DNA from: Nageia nagi
Lineage: Eukaryota > Plantae > Pinophyta
Length of the DNA stretch: 64,000 nucleotides
NCBI GenBank assembly: GCA_050084985.1
Contig: JBITNC010000001.1
Location: 71,300,001 to 71,364,000 of the forward strand
Direction: 5' to 3'
This document shows, one piece after another, positions 53,063-63,200 of the stretch. A program made the position numbers and the translations under genes. Below the pieces are notes generated by a model. The model was not told the origin of the DNA. It did not search any database and was given only the letters and a program-made list of their open reading frames with translations. The stretch's first letter is position 1. Every line of letters starts with the position of its first letter.

Positions 53063-55110
53063 TATAAGTAATATTAATTACGCCTAATAAAGTGAGAGTC
53101 ACCAATGAAACAGAGAAGCGCTATAAGACTGACGAGAAGGGCAACAAAGGGATCCGTTATACAGCTCATTTTATGGCCCTGCATTATGTGCAAGACAGAG
53201 CACCAAATCCATCTATGATACATCTCATTTTCTGATCCTGTATTATGTTCAAGTTAACATGCCATCCAATGGCATCTAATGTGACATCTATCCCAATTTT
53301 AAATCTAATGTCCATAACTAGATCCAGTTAAATAATCGTTCCTTTCAGCTGCTATTATTACCCAGCCACTTTTGGCTGTCGTTCCTTCTAGCTCCTCTTT
53401 TCTGATTATTCTAGAGATTTGTTCCTTGAAATATCACAGTATGTTCTCCTGAGCCCAATAAATGGATTATAGGCATCCCTTCTATTGCAATAGAGAGATG
53501 ACTTTCATTGTCAATTATGAATTTGGATTATTATATAGCCAATGAATGACAGGAGGAATTCTTTCCATTTAATGTTATGTGGATGTCTATCTTTTCACAG
53601 CCCTTCTGACATTGAATGAGATCGCCAATAAAAGTAGACATTCATTCTAATTCTACGCATGATATATTCACAGATTATGTAAAGTTAAACCCTAAAAAGT
53701 AAGAGTTAACGACATAAGCATGTTGGATAGCTACAATAAGTGAGCATGATCGCACTAACTCATGAAATAATTTTTCTTAAAATGGGTTGTTTTGTAGAGC
53801 ACTCTAAATCTGCATTTGTTGTTAGGAAAACAACAAAGGCAAAATGATCTATTTAATTATATTTCCAGTCATTTGTCTATTTCAAAATTAATGCCATTAA
53901 CCTATGTTCTTTAATGCAGAAAGCGGCAGCAGAGAATATCTTAAAATGTTTGCCTCCTTCAAAATAGTTTTGACAAGACCATAGTCAACGAAGTGCCAAA
54001 ATTAGCAAAAGTATTACATTTAAAAGATCAACATCACCAAATATTCTCTCAAACACGAAGACCGAATTTTGCACTGATTCACTACCAATGTAATAGCATA
54101 CTGGTAGTCATCTATTGACAGACAATGAAATTAAGTTTTAGTACTTATAAGTGATCAATATCTGCAGAAAACATTTGAAGCCTTTCTTCTCTGCATCTAG
54201 ATTGAAGCTTAAAGGTATTTACATATAGATATGCCATTCTCAATCCTAAAGTACTAAATGGCTAGTGGCTACTATTAGCACGAAAAGATCAACACAATCA
54301 GGAAGAGACTTCCCAGAAAATAAGTCCAAAGTTGCTTCCACGTGGGACTTTCTCAAAGGGATATATTCTTTGCAAACCTGATTTGAGTAGTATAAGCGAC
54401 TAGCACTATGTCTTCTGTCGGGGAAGAAATATCTGGAGACGGATTTAGAACAAGACCAGACATCACATGGAAAGAGTTACTTTCTATTTTTTACAGATAA
54501 ATGCTACCATTTTTGTTTCTCTGCCTCTTTCCCAATGCTTTGAAGTGAGAACCGGATAAACTGAGGAAGAAAAAAATTGTCATGACAAACAAATTTTCAC
54601 CTTGGTATTGATATCGAGCAAGGGTTTGAGTATTATTTCCAATTGCATTACAATGTAAATGAATCAAAAGAATGTGTCCTCCTCGGTTGAACCATCTATA
54701 CAATATGTGTACAAACAACGTACATTTAACAATCAGCCCTGTCGATTGGATGAGCCAGAACCAGAGGAGAAACCAACAATCTTGAAAGCAAAGAAGTTTT
54801 GACAAGTCGGCAGCCAACCAAACCTATCATTTGCGCAATGAAAATCACTTAACTTGAATTTGTAAATAGGAGAATGGTTTGCACCTGAATCCTGATGGAC
54901 TGATAGAGACTATCCCTCCACTGGACTCGAAATTGGCCAATTTGATGGGCATTTGTTTTTCTTGTTCCTTTCTACGCAGGTTAAATGCCTTTTTATTAAA
55001 TGGATCCGATGCTCAAACGTCTAATTGAAAACTAGCCATTTTACAACTTAAACTCCAAATGACCAACATTAGAACTTCAATTTCAGCTCAGGGAAAAATG
55101 CTTTGGCGAA

Positions 55111-56487
55111 TTAATTCAAAAAATGATCCCCAATGTAGATGAGGCAAATGCACTGGGTAGCAAACATAATGTGACCTGCAGCCAAATTTGCCAGAGAACT
55201 GCTGCTTGTTTCATGGCTTTGTGAAGGAGACAAGGATGAATCTGGTTCCCCTGCTTCCCTACCAGGAGGAGGATAAAAAGAGTGGGGAGGAGCTGAGGGT
55301 AGAACAGCAGCAGGTGGTGTAGATGAGAACGGTGGGTTAGGAACTGCGTAAGGGGGGCTTGGTGGAATGGCAGGACGGGGAGGTGATTCTGGTGCAGGGG
55401 AAGGAACAAGTGCCTTTGGAGACGGAGACTTCTCTGGAACAGGAGACTGATTGCCAAACATTTCACGAGGCAGAAGCACCTTGGGCACCCCAAAAACTGC
55501 AAGTGGTTTCTGGTCAAAAACTGTCTGTATTATTGAAGCTTGAACAATTCCTGTATTCAATGTCACTGACCCATTGACCCTTGTGATGTTCAAAGTAAAC
55601 CTTCCAGCACCCATGGTTTCTGTGGCCAATGTAGGTGTAAACGGATTCACAATGGACTCCAAGGACCCAAGAGGATAATAAGAATGCAAGGCATGGTACT
55701 TGAGGACCGTGGCCTTGTTCTCGGCCGTAAGTCCCTGCAATGTCTCAGGAGGCAGGGCTGAGAATGCATCATCTGTGGGTGCAAAGAAGGTAATTCCAGC
55801 TCCTGCCTGATCAGATTCCAATTCCGAAGTAACCCCTGAAGCCAACATCATAGACACCACAAAATTGAAGTTCTTGGCATTCTCAAGAACATTAGTCACA
55901 TTGATTGAGCCATTATTGGGCTCAGATGAAGTGGATAGGTCAAACCCAGAGGGTATAAGTATAGTATCAATGCTGAAAATGCTGATGGTGTAGGGAAATG
56001 CCTTGACAAGGCCTATGACAGTGGCAGTGACACTGCCAGAGGGAGTCCTAATTCTCACCTGCTCATTTTCCTCACAAGTAATGTTAACTGTCCCTGAGTT
56101 TCTGGATGCCTTGCCTGTTGTCTGGTACAGAGTGGTCTCAAGTACACCCCCGCGAGGCATATGTCTCAACTTGTACCAATCCAAGTACTCCAAAATCACA
56201 TGGTACTGGAGAACATATTGGATCTGAGTCATGGGTAGGTTTCCCCCATAGCTACCAATGAAGTTATCCATCACAGAATTAGATAGGGCCAGTATAGTCA
56301 AAGAGGTCCTATTATTAACATCTTTAGCCACATTGGTAGCACTGAGCAAATTATTGAAGGTCACAAACTCTGGGTATCCCCATAAAATCTTACTTATATT
56401 AAAACCAGAGGCGCCACCTACCACCGGCCCTGAAACCACCCAAATCATCAAACCCAAAAACCAAAAGCATCTCCAATACCCACCCAT
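55111..56487 (-). CDS. FLA4: Fasciclin-like arabinogalactan protein, FLA4/SOS5-like (458 aa, intronless CDS)
   Basis: Signal peptide, two FAS1 domains (LTILALSNS...YHVI; GAGITFFAPTDDAF...YHALHSYYPLGSLESIVNPFTPTLATETMGAGRFTLNITRVNGS...KVLLP, which I recognise as FLA4-like), a Pro/Ser/Ala-rich AGP tract and a hydrophobic C-terminal GPI-like signal. Confidence 0.95.
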   Translation of the reverse strand: MGGYWRCFWFLGLMIWVVSGPVVGGASGFNISKILWGYPEFVTFNNLLSATNVAKDVNNRTSLTILALSNSVMDNFIGSYGGNLPMTQIQYVLQYHVILEYLDWYKLRHMPRGGVLETTLYQTTGKASRNSGTVNITCEENEQVRIRTPSGSVTATVIGLVKAFPYTISIFSIDTILIPSGFDLSTSSEPNNGSINVTNVLENAKNFNFVVSMMLASGVTSELESDQAGAGITFFAPTDDAFSALPPETLQGLTAENKATVLKYHALHSYYPLGSLESIVNPFTPTLATETMGAGRFTLNITRVNGSVTLNTGIVQASIIQTVFDQKPLAVFGVPKVLLPREMFGNQSPVPEKSPSPKALVPSPAPESPPRPAIPPSPPYAVPNPPFSSTPPAAVLPSAPPHSFYPPPGREAGEPDSSLSPSQSHETSSSSLANLAAGHIMFATQCICLIYIGDHFLN

Positions 56488-56732
56488 AACTTTTTTTGCC
56501 TATTCAGATCCACCCAAAACAGTTAACAATGCACAATTTTTTTTTCTCAACTAAAGCTGCAGTAAACAATGTAGCACAAACTGAACAAAATAGTGCCTCA
56601 TTGTTTCCAACCTTGTGTAGTGTTGCATTTTTATCAAAGCTTTCTGAATCTCCTTCTCTTCCTCCTGTTCCTTCTCTTTCTCCTTCATTGCAGCATTAGC
56701 AGCAAGTACCATGTCCAAGTGTATGTATCCAA

Positions 56733-56738
56733 TTTATA
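56733..56738 (-). promoter_or_regulatory. Putative TATA box of FLA4
   Basis: gTATAAAtt on the minus strand about 250 bp upstream of the ATG, followed by a GA-rich leader. Confidence 0.45.
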
Positions 56739-57695
56739 CACTTCCAATAACTAGAATACCAACACACACCAATGCCCCGCCATGCATTGAAGTAATTCAA
56801 CCACAAAATGCCAAGGTGAGAGTTGTAAGAGCTCAAGTTCATGAGTATACATACTATTTGATATAATGAGTTGAGGAAAACAATAGTTACAAGGCAACGG
56901 TCGTTTTTACAGGTCGAGGTTCAAGTGGGAGATTTTACCTGCAATCTTTACATCTGCTTGCGTCTTTTTTAACCTCAAGTTGTCCTCCAACTTGAATGAA
57001 TGGCCGAGGTTCCCAACACATGATGTTGGGTAAAGAGCTTGCTCCTCTTGTTTGTAGCCAGTCTTGGGGGGTCCCCCAATTAATAACAGTATTATTGTTC
57101 TTTTGTATTATATGATTTAGGCTGTCTGTCTATGGGAGTGCTATAGGTGTGCAATCCTTTTGGGTAAGAGTGGCAGTAAATGGTATTTAACATTTTCAAG
57201 GTTTTAAGTTGGTGATTATTATGATATAAAATTATTTAGGAAGGAGTGTGGATTATTATATTTTATAATGTAATAAGGTTTGTTAGAAGGGTTATTACCT
57301 TATGGTTAATTTATAGTAAAATTTAAAGAATATTAAATAAAATAATGAGTTGGATGATAAGAGATATAACTTGGATTGATTATATATATATGTCTGCATG
57401 TAATGTTATATTTATACATAAATAATGATGAAAAAGAATTAGAGAAATACATTAGATAAGGATTTGATTTCAAAATAAATAATTTTATTTTAGATTTAGT
57501 TATTTATTTTCAATTAACTTTAATTTATACTTAAGTAAATAAGATGGTGGAAATAGATTTTGATGGTGAAGCATATTTAGTTTAGGCATCGTTCTTTCGT
57601 ACGAATGGTTTCTTTAACACTATTAGATAATAAAAGATCAGTAATGGTGAAGTCCAATATTTTTTCGATATTATGGGTTAAGGAGAATCGCCTAA

Positions 57696-57827
57696 TGATT
57701 CTCAAGAATTGCATGGTGATCCTCGAGAATCACCAGATAATTCTCCTTGTTTTTTAAAAAAATAAATAAAAAATAAAGAGAATCATCAAGCGATCTTCAA
57801 TGATCACCATGCGATCCTTGAGAATCA
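57696..57827. repeat. 26-bp inverted repeat with gagaatc/gattctc sub-repeats (MITE-like remnant) upstream of FLA4
   Basis: tgattctcaagaattgcatggtgatc (57696-57721) versus gatcaccatgcgatccttgagaatca (57802-57827), 2 mismatches. Confidence 0.65.
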
Positions 57828-57849
57828 CCTCTCTATTAATTTCATCATT

Positions 57850-57921
57850 GATGTCATGGTATAATGGTTAAAACATTAGAATTTGAACTTGGTAGCTTCA
57901 GTTCAAATCTCATCCAAACCT
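57850..57921 (+). pseudogene. tRNA-Gln(UUG)-like pseudogene or tRNA-derived SINE head
   Basis: 72 nt colinear with eukaryotic tRNA-Gln as I recall it: A box tggtataatgg, anticodon loop atTTGaa, B box gttcaaatc, ending aacct then a T-run. Acceptor and T stems do not pair properly. Confidence 0.6.
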
Positions 57922-60234
57922 TTTGCCTTCTACGAATCCAACACTTAGCCATTTTTTGTCATGATTTTTTTTAATGTTTGAATGCCGATTTTTTTTCTAA
58001 AGAACATGTCAAGTATTTCAGACCTTACAAGGAGCGTTCTGCAAGCTGGATAGGCTTTGTGAAGCTTCAAAAGGGAATCTTCGAAAGGTAGACATAAGAG
58101 AAATAATGTATAATATAGCTCAATTATTGATGTTCAAACTTATAATAATGTTGAAGTATTAACATTATGGGAAGATCCAAATATTTGTATAGAAATAAGA
58201 ATTATGAAGATTTAAGTAGAAGGTGATTATTTGTTAATTGTTAGATATATTGTAAAGGGAATGGAAGGGAGATGAAAGGATTTTCCAATAAATAAAATAT
58301 TAGGGAATTGGGCCAAGAGTTTCAAAGATTTTAAAATATAGTAATATTGCAAGTTAGAGTTAGATTTAGAAAAACTAGTTGATAAATCATTTAAATATTG
58401 TAATCCTTTTGATTGGAAACTATTGAAGCATTCATCAATTTCAAAAGATTTGATAATTTGATATAAATTATATTGTGACAACTTATGATAGAAAAGTTAT
58501 GAGTACCAGTAATCATTTGGATTTTAACCCAAAGTTTAAAGCTTTTTTTCTATTTTTTACAAATTATTTAAATTATTTTCGCTTTCCTTTCATGATACAT
58601 TATCATTTTATTATTTCTGGTAGAGATAACATATGTGTTTTTTAAATTGAGAAGATATAAAAGTGTGGGTGACTAAGGACAACCCCTTTGATTAAAATAT
58701 ATGAATAGTAATAATAAATGATAATTAAAAATATATATAATAAATTAAATTATATATAGTTGTAAAGGTGATATCTAACCTTCTGGAATGTTGAATTGTA
58801 CTATATAATATGTAGATACCTAAATTTGATTTTTGATTTATATATATTTAAGTTTCTAAATTAAATAATTAATTTATGAGATTCATTGCTATACTTGAAG
58901 AATTATTTTGATTATCATGTATCTCACTCATTTCTTTCTTTTATGGTGTGAGCCGAAGGAGTGTTAAGCAAGGTGTCTTAGCCAAAGGAGGAGTTCATGA
59001 TCTATAAAAGAAGAAAGGTTCAATTTAGAAATAAATTTGTATTTTCAATATAACACAATATATACATTTTGTAATTCTTATTATTAAATGTGAGTCATTT
59101 TATCAAGTTTGAATTGTACATTGTATTATTGTCACTAGCTTCATACTTTCATTTATATAGTTAGGTATGATATTATTGTAAGTTAATATAATAAACAACC
59201 TTAGATTTGGATGACATTAATGAAGGAATATCATGCAATATTGAATGACCTTTTTGTGTCAACATATCATAACTAAAGAATAATGATAATCCAAATTTCG
59301 AAAGAAGGTCATCACAATACTCTTTAACACCAAATCTTGTTTTGTTTCATTATATTAAATAAGAATGATAGGTTTCTATTATTTTTAAATTCAGATTTGA
59401 TAATTTATATGTAACATTGTGTTTCATTGTTTATAATATAAATTGTGATGTATATGCCTAGTTCATCTATCATTTAATTATTTAAAATAGATATTATTCA
59501 TTGAGTAAAATAAATTTGTAGTATCTATAAATTGGTGAACCCAATGATTTTTACTATACTTTCATTTGAATTTCACTAGTTTTGCCAAAAATCCTAAGGT
59601 TTTTTTTTTTATAGGATTGATTTTGTAACTCAAGTGTTTCAAAAATAGAGAACCTTTCAATAATAGATTGTGTTAGCAAAATTGTTGAGGATAATGCTAG
59701 ATCTATCAACATGATGGCAATCAAAGGTGATTAGAGAGAAGTGAGCAATGGAAGCGAGTGTCATCCTCTCCATTGGATGGTTTGGTAAGAAGAGTTCTAG
59801 ATATTGAAGGCTAAATCATCATAACTAAAGGTCTTAAGTTGATGGAAGATACAACTACTCTTTCTAGTGAGATCCATGATATAATGGCACCAAAGCATCA
59901 CATGTAGCCCATATTTGAGGCTTATAATAGAGAGGGAGATCCTATATCCTATATAGCATATTAGGTCATTTAAAGATCAAACTGGAGCTCAAGTTTGGGG
60001 TAAATCATAATTTGATGAAAAAAGATTCCTACAAGCTTGAAGGGAAATAAATTGAAGTGATATTTTGCTCTTCCTCAAGGATCCATTACTTCATAAAGTA
60101 GTAATTTGTGACTCTATTTTAAAAATAATTCAAACATAACATCCCAAATCCAATCATAATAATAGAATTGATGAGCACCAAATATGGTCATAATGAAAGG
60201 TTGGTGAAATTCATTACAAGATTTCAAAAGATAT

Positions 60235-63200
60235 TGTAATGTCCCCAATTTTGGTGTCTCACTTATTTTTGCATCATGATGATTTTATTGGGCCATATCT
60301 CTCTTCTTTATGATTTTTAGTAATTAGGAGCATTTTTAATATGTTTGGCATTATCATCTGCCTTTGAAATATTTTTTGCATTATCAAACACCCATTGATG
60401 TAATGAAGTGTAACTTGTACTCTCAAAATATCTTAATGATCTCTAAATGATGTAAGAATTTCATTGTTGGATAGATCTCATCAAATACATGTGAAACGAG
60501 TGGTTAATGACCTCCTTTGGATTAGAATTAAGCTCTAGGATGGGTCGTTCATGATGATGATATTTTTATCCCCAAGGAAGTCGACCATATCATTATGTTG
60601 TGTATTCTCATGTATAAAAAGGAGAGGAGTGCACCATTTAAGAACATACTAGGAAACTTTGATCTTTGATCTTTCAAGTTAGGGTTGTGCCCTTCTCACC
60701 CTTCTAAGGTTTAGGGATGTGTTTGAAGCCTTAGGAGTCACATTGGAGCTTCTTGGAGATTTAATCTTTCACCATTTCATATATCAATAGCTTAGAGAGG
60801 CAATCATCCACCTTAAGGGACCCCCATTTTGCATTCTTTATCTTGGAAACCATCCTAGAGGAGAGAGCCCAAACCTTGGCATCTAGTTTGGTATATTTTG
60901 TTATATTTGTTAGCATATTGGATGCCTTAGAGTGCATTACCACTTTAAGATATTTTATTTGATGATATTTTCTTAGTTGGAGATTATTTTTGCATATTTC
61001 AAGTAATATTTTACCCTCCAAGAGGGGATGTCTAGCTTTGGGCATTTTCTCTTGCACATGTGATGGTCTATTTGAGTTGTAGGAATGTTGATTTTTCCAT
61101 TGCCACTTTCATAATAATTTTATGAGCATTATGTGATGAATTCATACCATTTTAAGGGTTTTAGTGATTGATTACTAAGTAAAATTACAATGTGAATGAT
61201 AAAATCTAATTTTTTGTTGGTCAAAATTGCTAAAATTCTAATTGGGGACATTACAATGGTATCAAAGTTAGTTTCCTACTAGCCTATTGGATGAATAATT
61301 CAGTTACATACCTAAGGTTTGAAATACCTAAGGTTTGTGGTAAGATATATCATTTTTAAAGATTTGATTTTCAATTGTAGGTTATGGCACCATTAAAAGA
61401 AGTAGAGTTGGTTGAAAGACTTACTAGTATAAGAGGTAAACTTATACTTATATTTCAACCAAAAGATGCTCTCCTCTACACATTTGGGAAGTAGAAGAAT
61501 GTTTATACATAATGGATTTGTCACCTTATCAAATGTTACGAGAAAATATGATTCAAGTGGTAAAGTTTTTGGGCAAGCCTAGATGATTAATACTCATAGA
61601 GATGGAGGTAAGAGTCATGGTTACTTATTGTTTAAGTGAGATCTTGAGAAATTCAATAACAAAATCTCCTTATGATGATAACACATTGAGAATAATAATT
61701 AGGATATTGGTTGATAGTTTCAAAAGTTTGAGATATATCATAAATTTTTATTTTTCTATGAGAGTTTCCATACTTGCATCATTTGCAAAAATTGGAATGG
61801 GAAATATCATGCTAGATTTGTACATGGATGAGTTGATTTACAAAATGTTTCATCATTTCATTACTTGTGGCCATGAGAGACATTATGATTTTGATCGTAA
61901 ATGAAAGTGATTAGATTTACCAACCATTCTTATCTATGTTATTGGACATTTAGAGGCATGACTTGGTTACTTCTATTGTTGCACATGATTTGGTTAATAA
62001 TGTGGTTAAAAAATATGAGCAAAAGTTGAGACTTTTCTTCAATGATGAGAAGATTAGCTCATAGTAGAAAATTTACATGAAGAAACTACCCTAGTTCAAG
62101 GGGTATGCATAGAAAAATTCCAAGATGAATCCATCACAATGATTGTTTCTCCATCCATTGGAGATAGTGATATCTTTGATAACAAGTATGAGGAATTAGT
62201 TTTATTTCCCAATAGTATTTATTTAATGCATAATGATGGTATTTTTTTATGAAGATTGTGGGAATAGAAGATTTGGAGATCCTAAATTTGATGAAAAAAT
62301 TAGTATTGATGAGGGTTCCCCTTTTATGAAATCAAAATTGGAAAGCATCAACAAGATGTTAGAAAGATATTTTTCCAATAAAATTGATAATATTGTAGAT
62401 TTAGAAGAAGAAATAAATTCATTTTATGCATATACTATTGTATAGGTGAATAATGATGATGATATCATAAAATGCCCTAATGAAGATATTTATAAAATAG
62501 TAGTTTAAGAGAAGGTACAATCATGGGATGATTATTAGGATGAGAAAAATCTATCCTAAATTCAATACACAAAATTAGAGAGTTTAATGTTGTTAGAAAT
62601 GAAGATTTTGAAGGAGAGGAACCTGAGTCTTATGATAATCATGTAGATATTGCTAAAAGGTATGAACTAAAATTTGATTTTGATATGTAGTACAATAATA
62701 ATTTATTAACTTGGTATAATCTCAACATTCATGTGGATCTTTAAAAGAGACTATTATTAGTAACTATTGAGTTAGATGATAAACCCCCATATCTTGGAAA
62801 TAAAAATGAGATATGGGACCCTGGTGATGTCATGTCAATGACTTATGCATTACTATATAATAATGAACCAAATTTTTTTACTGATTTAGAGTCAACAATT
62901 AAGGAAGAAATAATGTTGTGTAATGAGCATGGAATTGATACATTGAAAGATTTAAAGGATAAATTATGTGTAATTAAGGAAAATATTGAAACCTTAATTC
63001 ATTTTGATAGCATGCACAAGTTCATGGAGCACCTCCTTTAGATAGCATAGCTTGAAGAAAGGACTTTCAAGAAGTAGGGGATATTTGGTAGTGATAATTC
63101 ATTCATGATGAAAGGTATGATTCATTTCTGTAATGAGTATGTAACTTGTCATTCTTTAATGGATTGATATAGTTTCATTATTGGAGACATATTTTTAGTT

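Noticed and set aside
53598-53607. cagcccttct resembles the 5' end of conifer miR946 as I recall it
   Set aside because: Only about 10 nt match and the remainder diverges.
55116-56699. Alternative-frame and antisense ORFs overlapping FLA4
   Set aside because: Shadow ORFs of a relatively GC-rich CDS with no independent protein features.
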